Shown here: positions 21,801 through 32,890 of the stretch, one piece after another
Position numbering within the stretch: the stretch's first letter is position 1
Layout: each line of letters opens with the position of its first letter
NCBI GenBank assembly: GCA_013265495.1
Contig: MU058540.1
Location: 519,696 to 583,695 of the forward strand
DNA length: 64,000 bases
From: Vicugna vicugna
Lineage: Eukaryota
Direction of reading: 5' to 3'
Translations under genes and position numbers: made by a program
The notes under the pieces: model-generated
Databases searched by the model: none
What the model saw: only the letters and a program-made list of their open reading frames with translations
Told to the model about the DNA's origin: nothing

Positions 21801-23748
21801 CATGAGGTCGCTCCACCTTTCTCCTGCCTGTCCCATGCCCATCTCTCTGGCTCTCAGGTTTTGTGGAGTCGGAGTTAAAGAAGCTTCCGGTAGTACAACA
21901 GGACTCCTGCCTCTGGAAGATGGGTGGCCATGAGGGCCAGGAGCTACTGGCCCAGCAGGAGATCACCCTGGAGGAGGCAGGCATTGTGGACAGCCAGGTG
22001 TGCCTGGCCCATCCAACTACCACATCCTGCCTGAGGGCACTGGGGAAAGTGGGGCTGGAGACCTCCTATCTTCTCAGGCCCCTGGGCCTGGCTCCAGCAT
22101 CACCCCTCCCTCCACCGACCCGCCACTTTTGGGTGTGAAAGGCATAATTCCTTCTTGGGGGTGGTGCTGTCAGAGTGCAGAGGAGGTCCTGACCCCCTGC
22201 ACACACACTTCTCCATCAGTCTGTCATTTGACCTCGAGTCCAGATGTCCATATTTAAGGCTTAACTGCCATCCACCTGCTGTGTGGCCTTGGGCAGGTGT
22301 CTTCCCCTCTCTGGGCCTCAGTTTCCTCATCTCTACAATGAGGAGATTTGTCTAGGTGGCTTTAAGGCTTTCCTGTGCCTCTGTCAGTCACATAATGTTG
22401 CTCTTTCTCTGTTTTCTCCCCCAATTCACAGCCATGCCTACTCCCACGAACACACAGAGGCATGGGCAAGGACTACCCACAGGCCCACCCTCTTTGACCT
22501 TGGCCTCCTTGGCCTTATATGTTGGGCCTGTCCCAGCTTCTCTGAGTGCACATTGACAGATCTGTTGATGACAAATGTGTCAAAGTCCTTTTTATCCTTC
22601 CATTCATTCATCAGCTCATCCTTTCATTCAGTGGAATTTTGTCCCTGATAGTCTGTGTCACTTACAAAAGGAAGAGCAAAGTCTTTAGTCGAAGTCTCTG
22701 CTCTGGCACTGACTTGCTCTGTGACTTGGTTTCTTTACCTGTAAAAGAGAACCATTGGAGGATCGGATAAGCTGAAGAGTGTGTGACCTTCAGCTGCAAA
22801 GGGCAATCTAGTGTCGGGGATTACATCTCCCCCTTGGGGTCGTGAACACCAGAAATACTTGCCTCTGGGGCACTGAGAGGCAGCCTTCCCATTGTCCTGA
22901 GCCCACATGAGTCACAGGGCGCCCCTCTGTGCTCTGGGGAACATGCTGGGCCACCTCACCCCGCATCACACTGATTGTCGCTCTGGCAGGGCCCTTGCAT
23001 TTGCCTTTACTCGCTGAAAGGATCTCTGCTCACCCTTCCCTCCTGCTTCCCCTCCCCTGCAGAACTGCCCCCTGAGCCGGGCTGCCCCGCTCCCAGGAGT
23101 CACAGTCCTAGAGTAGCCGGAGCAGTGCTGGGGGCCCCTAGGGAGCTTCTGGGTAATGGCAAGTGGGGGCCCAGCTCAGTCCTCATGGGGACACAGCTGC
23201 CTCCAGAATGTCTTTCTCCTGCGGGTGTTTCAGGGGTCATGTCCATCACCACCCCTGCTTTCTCCTTATCTGCCCTCAGGAACACCAGGCTGAGGGGGAA
23301 GGAAGTCGCCTCCCAGCCTTTGGGGAATGCTGGGGACCTGGGGCAGGGGTGCTGAGGCAGTGGAAGCACCATCCTAGGCCGGAGGGAAGGGTGCAGAGCC
23401 CCATTGGTGTGATGTCCAGGACAGAGGTGAGGGAAGGGAGGGCTTGGTTGGGGTGCCTGGCTCGAGGGCTTCCAGGGAACCCCTCCCAAGTTGGAGGGAG
23501 AGGGTACCTCTATTTTATGGGAGGGAGGGAGGTGGCTCAGGGCTAGTGGATCTGGGTCCACATGGGAGAGGGTCTGGAAAAGGCTTTGGGGTGCTTGTCT
23601 CTGGGAGTAGGTGGGAAGGTTCTGGGAGGATGCAGATCAGGGAGGGGAGAGCTCAAAGATGCCAAGTCATCTTCCTTCACCCACTTCTGCCCCCCAGCAC
23701 CTGCTCCTTGAGGAGATGGATGAGATGGGAAACTGGCCCCCAGAGTGA
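18860..23748 (+). pseudogene. GGNBP1: Gametogenetin-binding protein 1, frameshifted in the first coding exon (probable pseudogene or N-terminally truncated gene)
   Basis: Six exons with AG/GT boundaries and compatible phases: 18848-19316 (ATG 18860), 19944-20056, 20492-20586, 20761-20908, 21858-21997, 23698-23748 (TGA). Recognisable peptides PRSRILGHSSML..SLVGSKGS, TPWNCLLSLYKQLQK, STDTVGFVESELKK, ITLEEAGIVDSQHLLLEEMDEMGNWPPE. Reading frame switches at ~19022. Confidence 0.85.
20987..21020 (+). promoter_or_regulatory. CTCF site (core plus upstream module)
   Basis: CCACCAGGTGGCAC at 21004-21017, preceded 8 nt upstream by TGCAATGCC (20987-20995). Confidence 0.65.
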
Positions 23749-23942
23749 ACCTGGTGCTGGCCTGAGTCTGCCCTGCCCGGATCCCTGCAACCCACATAGG
23801 GATGTGTCCCCCGCTTCTTAGGGCACATCAAGGAGCCCCTGGGGCCAAGGGCTCTTAAGATAAATGGTTGTCCATGTGTCTGCAGAGTGGGCCTGCCCAG
23901 CAGACTGTCCCCAGTCACCTGACTCAGACCTGTGATGTTACT

Positions 23943-23948
23943 AATAAA
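23943..23948 (+). terminator. GGNBP1: Probable GGNBP1 polyadenylation signal
   Basis: AATAAA about 195 nt after the stop, followed by T/GT-rich sequence. Confidence 0.7.
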
Positions 23949-26900
23949 ACCCAATTTGACTTTGGCCTTTTGGGCTGTCTGTCTGTGGACCCCGTCCCTC
24001 ATCCTCAATCCAGGAACAAGCTTAGTTTATAGAGGTCTCAGTCTAGTCCTAGTCCTTGCCCATGGGCCACCAGGCTGCCCTGGCTGCAGAGCCCTGGGTT
24101 CCAGTGGAGGGGCCACAGTAGGGCATCTGAGCGGAGGACAGGAGATTTGGTGCACCTGATACGGGGGTGGGAGTGAGGAAGGGCATGTAGCCCAGAGTGC
24201 CAAGGGAGCCCCTGCTGCCTGCCCCTCTCAGTAGGAGTGTTCCTGACCTCCCTCCCTCCTAAGTTCCCAGGCCAGGCTTGTGGCCTCACAAGGAGGATCC
24301 GGGAATTCTCTAGGAGGAAGTTGCTGCCCAGCCAGCACAGGGACAAAACCAGGAAAGCAGCCCTGGGACCATGTGGACCTGCCTCTGGGGCTGGGATAGG
24401 GGGCGTGTGAGGGGTTCCTGGGGCTGATGGAGGAGGGCCCATGCTATAGGGGCTGGAGGCAGGACCCTATCCTGCTGTTCCTGGTCGCGGCCAGTCTGCC
24501 ATGCTTGGTGCTGAGCACCTCTGAGGAGTCCAGGCTGAGGGAGGTCCAGACATCTAGAAAGCCCAACTCTACCTAATCCCAGAAACAAGGATGGGCTTGC
24601 GTTAGGGGTGCGCAATGCTGTGCCCTTACTGGCCATGGAAGGGCTCACCCTTATACCTGGCTTTGTGGGTATCCAGTGGGAGGGAGGGCCAGGCCGGATT
24701 TGGGCACCAGGTGCTATGCCAGGAGGTCCTGCTGGCTCCCGGTAGGATCCTGGTTCCTTCCCTCCCGTTCTGAGCTCCCAGCACAAGTGTGCGAGAGAGC
24801 TCCCACTGCCCTAGTTCTTATCAACACAACTGCTATTTACAGCTCGTCTGGCCTTCTCTGTGGGGCCCCCACTGTGTCCAACCCGAGGCCTGTGGCAGAG
24901 CTGAAGTTCAATGTCAGAACATGGGGGCCACTCCAAATAATTATTGTAATTGAAAACAACAGCTGGTTGTCAGATGGATATCAGTGCTTGGGGTGGTGGT
25001 AGGGAAACTGCAGTGACCTGGCCTCCTGCCCCAGCTCCGCCCAGCCCAGTGAAGGTGGGAGTCCCCGCCTCTCATCCCCTCACCACTCCCCACAACCCCC
25101 ACCTACCCCGGACTGGGGTTGATGAGGGCTAGTGATTCACAGGTGGGCTGAGGCTTTATTTTCTCCTGGGCTTCCTGTTCAGGCCCCACCCCCTGGAATC
25201 CTTGATTCAGGCTCTGAGCTGAGGCTGGTGGAAGGGCCCATCTGGACTGTCCCTCTGAGTCAGCTGGGAAGCAGCCTTATGACCATATGACTCACCTGTG
25301 CCCTGATTATTTCCTCCCAGAGTACTGGCTGTTGGGAAGGGTGGGGGCCTCTGAGGGCAGCCTGTTCGCTCCGTGGCTGCATGTGGACCCCTGGTGCTCC
25401 CCGCATGGACATAGCACTCCTCATGGACCCCACGGAGAGGGTACTTCTCTGCCTTCCGCCTGCCTGAGAAGCCCCCAAACCTGGTGCCAGCCATGCCCTG
25501 GCTGGAGGAGGCTGCCTGGGCCCAGAGCCCTCCAGGAGGCAGTTCTGCACCTCCCATTGCCTCCTGGGTGGGGCCAGCCAACAGCTCCTGGGCACAGGCA
25601 GGCACCACAATGGGTCAGGGAGGCTGGCGCTGCTGGCAGCTCAGGCTCTTTGGCTGCCCACCTGAGCCAAGTGGCCACTCCGAGGCCACCTCAGCTCCCA
25701 GGGACAGGAGCACCTCTTCCTGGGACCCCTCAAGTATGGGGCTGCTGGGGAGTGAGGGGAGCAGAGTCTCTCTTTCCCTTTATGTTAAGCAAGGGTCATG
25801 GCACCTCGTCGTCCACCTGGCTCTGGGGTCCCTATGAACTATGGAGAGGAAGGTCTGTGAGGCTGGGAGTGTGGCTGCCAGTGCTGGAGCAGGACAGGGG
25901 TGTGGTGGGGCTGCGTGCAGGCACACGGGCCTGAGGGCCTTTTGCCGGCCCCAAAAGGTCCTGGGCTGGTTTCTGTGGATGGGCCTAGATTGGCACGAGT
26001 GGCCCAGGGGCCTGCTGTGGGGGAAGACCAGTGGGCGGGGACAGAGGGCTGGGCGCAGGCTCCCCACCCACACAGAGAGAGGCCAGGCCTTCCTGAATGG
26101 TGTTTGAGGGAACGCTGCAGATGCGTCTGTGGGTCTGACCCAAGGACTGGGTGATATTTAAAGCTGTCTTCACCTCGTGGGTGTGTGGACAGTCAGGGGA
26201 GGGCTGCCATGCACTGCTGTGCGGGCCGTACCCTGCAGCAGGGCGCTTGGCTCAAGGGTGAGAGGGCTCTGAAACCCTGTGGAGGTGCCTCTAATTTACT
26301 TAAAAGGGCCAATTGAGCTGGCAGTGGCCCTGGTCAGTCCTGTAGGTTTAAGTTGAGCCATGTTGTCAGAACTTGCCAAGCCTCTGCCCCTCTCTTCTCT
26401 GCCATCTTCCTCCATCTCTCTCTTCTGGTAACTGCATGTGGGTCTCTGTTCCCCCCTCCCTCTCCCCCTCTCTCCGTATGTCTCTGTCTCTTTCTCACTG
26501 TATGTCTGGTGGGATGTGGTGAGAAAAGCAGCCCCCGGATCCATTCTGAAGGTATTTGGGGGACAGCAGTGGCTGAAAGGCAAGAGGTGTGCAGAGGGGA
26601 AGGAGCATGGGGGTGGCCCCAGGGAAATGTGGGCCTGCCTGCCTGGGGAGACAGCGGAATATCTCTCCCTGTGGGATCCTGGGCAGGACCTTTGTGGAAG
26701 AATCCACCTTGGGCCCTGTTTTGAGTCATCAGTTGCCAATCTTGCCTATTCCAGGGCGAGGGAAAGGCAGAACCACTTGTATTATTTTCCAAGTGGGAAA
26801 GGAGGTGGGGAGCAGAGAGGCAGAGGGGAGACTCAGCTGGGTTGGAGCTGCGGCTTCGGCTCAGACAAGCTCCTGTGACCACACGCAGGCCCCTTATGTA

Positions 26901-26974
26901 ACTCTCTGAATCTCACTTTCCACATCCCTGAGATGGGCAAGTTACAGGCTTCTTGTGGGGGCTAAATGAAGTGC

Positions 26975-27600
26975 TGTCTGGCATGGATCAAATATTTACT
27001 AAGCATCTACTCCATCCTGTTCCAGGCACTGGGAATAGAGCAGTGAACTAGACATTGCAAATCTCCACTTTGTGGAGCATTTATGATTGATTGCTAGTAA
27101 GGTAGACAGTGAACAGATCATGTCTCAGGGACTGACAAGTATCCGAGGAGAAAGGAAGCTGCGTAATGGGATGCTGTTTCAGACAGAGTGATGGGATGGG
27201 AAGGGCCTCCCTGAGGAGGTTGTGTGGAAGCTGGGACCACCAGGAGATGAGGGCAGGAGCCCTGGGGATGTTGGGGAAGGGAATTACAGCACAGGGAACA
27301 GCAATTGCAAATGCCCTGAGGCAGGAGCAGGCAGGGAGTGTTTGAGGAACAGGAAGGAGACATTGTGGCTGGAGGGGAGTGAGTGGGAGGAGGAGTAATA
27401 GGAGGAGGTAAGATCAGGAAGAAAGAGGGGGATCGTGTTCTTTGCTGATCTGGGTTTTGGGGGTTTATTTTATCAGACTGAGGAGTGACATGATGTGGTT
27501 TACATTTTAAAAGTCTTCCTGGGCTGTGGAGTAGGGAAGAGACTGTAAGGGGTGAGGGTGAAGCACAAAGGAGGCCACCTAAGAGGCTTCTGGGGTACAA
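26975..27600 (-). mobile_element. LINE-2 3' fragment
   Basis: aatatttactaagcatctac...ccaggcactggg...caaatgccctgaggcagg...tgaggaacagg, typical antisense L2 sequence; boundaries approximate. Confidence 0.65.
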
Positions 27601-28424
27601 GAGGGCAGCCTCACTGGCTGCTGTTATTGTTATGAAAAGGGTACTGGGGGTTGCTGGGGAGGGTTTTTACCACAAGGGGGTGCCTTGTCCCACAGTGGTC
27701 AACCAGTGTCTCACCGGGTGGAATCTCTCACCGAAACCCCTTTCTCTGCTGCCCAGAGGGTGGAGGGGGCAGCCTTGCGGCTTGGAGTCTGGGGAGGGCC
27801 TGCCAGTCATGCATGGGCAACTGTGACTGGAGCAGGCACTTGGCACCTGCAGGGCCTATGTGCCCCAAGGTGCGCAGTAAATGCGTCCAGGCTACGACAG
27901 CCCACCTCTTACCCCACCCTCCGCAAGGATGGCCACGCACCTAGGGGAATCCCTGAACCATAGGGAGTTTCAGTTCCCCGTGATACTCAGAGGGCCAGAG
28001 CTGCCTCTGCTGAAGGTGATTTGATGTAATCTGTCTGGAGACCATGGATAAAAAACACCTCCTCGTCCTCATGAAATCCACAGTGGGAGGACTGAGGGCA
28101 CAACAGGGGCCTTCAGTAAAAACCAGAGGACGATGCTGCTAGAACACAGGTTTGGACAGCACAGACGGGGGAGCAGGTCATTCCAGCAGTGGGAAATCCA
28201 GAAGTTTCAAGGAAGAGGCATCATTTGTGACTGGGGCTTGCAGGAGGAGGAGGAATTTGACAGAGGAAGTGACGGGGGGAGGGCATGCCTGCCAGGGGGA
28301 CCCTCTGGTAATGGGGAAGTGTCCAGTCTGCATCCAGACCCCACTTCCCAACTCGCTGACCCAGCCAGAACCGTCCTGGACTCCTCTTTCCTGGTCTCTT
28401 CATTCAGTCCAGGAGGACACTTGG

Positions 28425-28550
28425 GCAGTGGTTCTCAGCTGGGGCAGGTCTGTCTGCTGGGAGACATTTGACAATGTCTGGAGACAGTTTTGATTTGTTA
28501 CAACTTGGTGGGTAGGGTGGTGCCACTACCATCAGCGGGTAGAGACCGCC
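28425..28550. mobile_element. MER20-like hAT fragment
   Basis: cagtggttctcag...gacatttgacaatgtctggagacagttttgatttgttacaac. Confidence 0.6.
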
Positions 28551-28769
28551 TAGTATCAGTTTTGCCATCTTTAATAAAGGTTTTTGGGAGAATTAAATGG
28601 GTTAATACCTGTTCAGTGTTTTTAGAAAAATGGCTGATATGTATTAAGCACTTGGTAACATAAGCTACTGTTACTTTAAAACATAAATCCTCTAAAAAAA
28701 AACCCTAAACAGTTAAAAACAAACAAACAACTAAGCAGTTGGAAAAAAAATAATAAAAAAATAAAGTGT

Positions 28770-29335
28770 AAATCTTTTATTCAAAGCCCTGTATGGCTCT
28801 CCTTCGCCCAAGTGAGAGCCAGGTCCTTCCAAGGCCTGACGAAGCCCCTCACTATCCAGTCCCTCTCTGTCTCCAACGCCATCTTCACTGTCCTCCTTCT
28901 CTCTCTGTGTGCTCTGGCCACACTGGCCTCTTTGCTATTCCTTACACACACTCAGCCCACTCTTGCCTCAGGGCTTTTGCACTTCCTGTTCCCTCTGTGT
29001 TGGTGGTTCTGCCCCTAGGAATTTACATGACTCACTTCCTTACCTCCTTGAGGTCTTTCCTTAGCTATCAGCTGTCACATTCTCAGAGGGTATTTCTTTA
29101 CTACCCTACGTTAAAAAAAAAAAAGCATCTATCTCTTCCAACTGCACTTTTATCATCTAACATATCATATATTTAGTTTGTTTATGTGCTTATGGTTTCC
29201 AACTGGAACGTAAGCTTCACAGGGGCAGGTAATGTTGCCTGTTTCATTTGCTGCTGTGTCCCTGAGGCCTCGAACCTCACTAGTACATTCCCAGTACCCT
29301 TAAACATTCCTTAAATGAATGAATGAGTATAGTGA
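28770..29335 (+). mobile_element. LINE-2 3' end
   Basis: cctcagggcttttgcactt...taagcttcacaggggcagg...ends aaatgaatgaatgag. Confidence 0.65.
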
Positions 29336-30720
29336 ATAAAAAAGTACTCCAGCAGGAGGCAGAGAGAGAGGCAGGAAACGGAGAGAAGGTAGAACTGTGG
29401 AGTGGAAGGGAGGGCCTGAGCGGACATCTGAGAAGATCCGAGGCCCTGGCACGGCCTGGGGCACGGAGGTCTGCTCAGCTGCCCTCCCCTGGCCTTCCAG
29501 CCCGATCTGCTTGCTGGGATCCTCCTGCAGGTGGTGCCCTGCTCTACCGGATAGGCCCTAAACCTGGCCCCCCCAGGCCAGGTAGATGACCAGGCCGAAA
29601 CGAAGTGTCCTTTCCCCTCTGATATGCTGCCTCCTTTCGGGGACGCCCAGCTCAGGATATGTCCTACAGCTCAGTAAGTGCCTGAGGGCCTGAGTGGGCC
29701 TCTGGAGTGGGCAAGGGGCCACTGCAGTAGCCACTCTGCCCTGAGGCCCAGAAGAGGAGCAAGGACAGCTGCCAGGGCAGACCCCTGCCCACTACCAACC
29801 CCAGCGTGCACTCACGCCTCACTCATTCGACACATCTCTCTTGAGAGCCTGTTGGGAGCCCAGCTGTGAACAGGGGGCCCTGGCAAGGATGGATGAGGGA
29901 TGGGGGAGACTGGGTGGCAAATCTGCTGCAGATGGGACACTGGCCTGCCTTGAGCACCTTGCTCTGGGCTACAGTGATGTGAGGTTGGGCTGAGGCCTTG
30001 AACAGCTTCAGGGACAGCGGGGACAGGCAGGGTACTGAAGAGACACTTTACCTCTTGGCTTGGGGAGGGGATGGGGACCATGGGTTTATCTTGCTTCCCT
30101 GACCGCTTAAGTCCCCCACCCCGCCTTCTCTATGTGCCACCAGGAAGCTGTCAGTGGTTTCTGATGATTGACTGTCATCAGCTTCTTGAGAGCCTTGAAC
30201 CTTGTGCCAAGACCCCAGGACCAGACTCCCAGCACCTCCCATCCCTCCAGCCTTCTTGCTTAGACACATTCTTGACTCGACCCCTCCCTCCTGAAGTCCT
30301 TTCCTCCCTGTGGTCCTGCCTCAACTTTCCCTTTGTACTTGCAGAACCTAGGTGCTAGGGGAGGGGTGTTTGGTAACAGAGCACAGTATCTTCCAGCGGG
30401 TGGAGTAACCTCTGAAGTCCATCTGCATGCCAGTCCTTTTACACACACATGCTTGTATTCAAATGCTTCTTGGGCACATGCACCGTCACCCCCACACACT
30501 TCTCTGGGTTGCCCACCTGCCTTGGGTAAGGGCCTGAGGGACCCTTGGCCTTCACTGTCACAGCAGGCAGGCAGGAGGCAGATGCTGAGGGCCAAGTTTT
30601 GCATTCTCAGGAGCTCAGTTTTCTAATCTGTAGAATGGGTGCCAGCTTAAGGTGTCTTGGTTTCCCCCAGGGCCTGTAACCTGTGAAGTCCCACATAGCA
30701 CAGGGAGAGAGACCTGTTCT

Positions 30721-31690
30721 TTTTTTTTTTTTTTTAACATTTTTTATTGATTTATAATCATTTTACAATGTGTCAAATTCCAGTGTTCAGCACAATTTTT
30801 CAGTCATTCATGGACATATACACACTCATTGTCACATTTTTTTCTCTGTGATTTATCATAACATTTTGTGTATATTTCCCTGTGCTATACAGTGTAATCT
30901 TGTTTATCTATTCTACAATTTTGAAATCCCAGTCTATCCCTTCCCACCCTCTACCCCCCTGGTAACCACAAGTCTGTATTCTCTGTCCATGAGTCTATTT
31001 CTGTCCTGTATTTATGCTTTTTTTTTTTTTACATTTTTATTGATTCATAATCATTTTACAGTGTTGTGTCAAATTCCAGTGTTCAGCACAATTTTTCAGT
31101 CATTCATGGACATATACACACTCATTGTCACATTTTTTTCTCTGTGATTTATCATAACATTTTGTGTATATTTCCCTGTGCTATACAGTGTAATCTTGTT
31201 TATCTATTCTACAATTTTGAAATCCCAGTCTATCCCTTCCCACCCTCTACCCCCCTGGTAACCACAAGTCTGTATTCTCTGTCCATGAGTCTATTTCTGT
31301 CCTGTATTTATGCTTTGTTTTTGTTTGTTTGTTTTTTTTTGTTTTTTAGATTCCACATATGAGCGATCTCATATGGTATTTTTCTTTCTCTTTCTGGCTT
31401 ACTTCACTTAGAATGACATTCTCTAGGAGCATCCATGTTGCTGCAAATGGCATTATGTTGTCGGTTTTTATGGCTGAGTAGTATTCCATTGTATAAATAT
31501 ACCACATCTTCTTTATCCAGTCACCTGTTGATGGACATTTAGGCTGTTTCCATGTTTTGGCTATTGTAAATAGTGCTGCTATGAACATTGGGGTGCAGGT
31601 GTCATCCTGAAGTAGATTTCCTTCTGGATACAAGCCCAGGAGTGGGATTCCTGGGTCATATGGTAAGTCTATTCCTAGTCTTTTGAGGAA
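30721..31690 (-). mobile_element. Young 5'-truncated LINE-1 with intact ORF2p C-terminus and tandemly duplicated 3' UTR
   Basis: Perfect 16-bp TSD GAGAGAGACCTGTTCT (30705-30720 and 31691-31706); poly(A) tail; open frame LPYDPGIPLLGLYP...CTPMFIAALFTIAKTWKQPKCPS...EYYSAIK...HMRSLICGI-stop (31346). Confidence 0.95.
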
Positions 31691-31717
31691 GAGAGAGACC
31701 TGTTCTGAGATGTCACC

Positions 31718-32238
31718 TGTGGTAGTTTTAAAACATGGCCCCATCCTTTGGCACTCTTCCCAGGGAGAGCGGGGATCTACGTCCTTCTCTTGAATCTGGG
31801 AGGGCTCTGAGTACCTCCATCAATAAAGTACAGTGGGAGTGACACTATGTAATGTGGAGGCTAAGTTATAAAAGGCCACACAGGTTCCACCTACTCCTCT
31901 CGGAACACTTGCTGGAGGATAAGCCAGCCCCCAAGTAAGAAGTCATGTGGAGTCAGTCGCACCACAGCCCCAGCAGAGCTCCCACCAACAGCCGGCGCCC
32001 CCTGGTGGCCACTCGGGGAGCCATCGTGCATGTCTAGCCCAGTTGAACCTTTCAGATGACTCCAGCCCCAGTGGCCTCTGACAGCAATCATATGACAGAC
32101 ACCACCCGCCCCACCGCCACCACCGAGAACCACCTAGCCGGGCCCTTCCCAAATTCCTGACCCACAAGACTTTGAGCACAATGAAACAACTGTTGTTTCA
32201 CATGGATAATTTGTTATGCAGCAATAGTAATCAAAACA
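31718..32238 (+). mobile_element. Solo MLT1-type MaLR LTR
   Basis: Begins tgtggtagttttaaaacatggcc; ends aatttgttatgcagcaatagtaatcaaaaca; internal cccaaattcctgacccaca typical of MLT1. Confidence 0.8.
31993..32011 (-). promoter_or_regulatory. Consensus CTCF site inside the MLT1 LTR
   Basis: Minus strand reads TGGCCACCAGGGGGCGCCG. Confidence 0.7.
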
Positions 32239-32299
32239 TTGTCCCCAAACCTTTCCTGATTCTTCTCTTAGTTGTCTTCCCACCTTGTCTCTTAGGCTG

Positions 32300-32728
32300 A
32301 ATCCCTCCTGGACTGGACTCGGAGTCCTTGAAGATGGCTGCCTGGGCTCTGAGAATGCAAAGGGGGAGCTGGCAGGCTGCCCACACTCCCTCCAGGAAGT
32401 GCTTGGCTTACTCTGACGGCAGTGACCAGCCAAGCATCTGACAGGTGAGCTTCTGGGCAGCACCTCTGCCCCGGTCCCTCCTGTTTGGCCAGGACCAGGG
32501 TGTCCTGGTGCCCATCTCTGTGCCTACACTGGCCCTGCCCTCAGAGGCTACGTCAGAGACTGATCCAGCTCCCCGAGCTCCCCAGAGGGACTGGGCTCCA
32601 ATCGCCCACAGTAGGAACTGGTAAAAAATACCTCCTCTACTGGGGTCACTCTGGTCGCCTCCATTCATGTATGTGTCCTCGAATCTTTGTCTCAGTGTCT
32701 GCATCCTGAGGAACCCAAACCAAGACAG
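32300..32728 (+). mobile_element. Old ERVL LTR (LTR16/LTR33-like)
   Basis: 3' terminus tttgtctcagtgtctgcatcctgaggaacccaaaccaagaca; 5' boundary uncertain. Confidence 0.5.
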
Positions 32729-32732
32729 AGAA

Positions 32733-32890
32733 GGGGAGGGTATAGCTCAAGTGGTAGAGCTCATGCTTAGTATGCACAAGGTCCTGGGTTCAATCCCCAG
32801 TACCTCCTGTAAAAATAAATGAATAAACCTAATTACCTCCCTCCCCCTGCTGGGAAAAAAAAGTATATATAAGAAAAAAAAAAGAATAAT
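32733..32890 (+). mobile_element. tRNA-derived SINE (camelid Vic-1 type)
   Basis: ggggagggtatagctcaagtggtagagc (A box) ... gggttcaatcccc (B box); A-rich tail; TSD AAGACAGAGA (32722-32731 and 32891-32900). Confidence 0.9.

Noticed and set aside
24000..30000. Possible orthologue of the human lncRNA lying between GGNBP1 and ITPR3
   Set aside because: Only positional expectation; no exon structure can be supported from the sequence.
30770..31362. Two near-identical ORFs (MSNSSVQHNF...) suggesting a duplicated gene
   Set aside because: Antisense translation of the duplicated L1 3' UTR.
32733..32810. tRNA-like sequence (also near 43800, 59300 and 60420)
   Set aside because: SINE heads with A-rich tails and TSDs, not tRNA genes.
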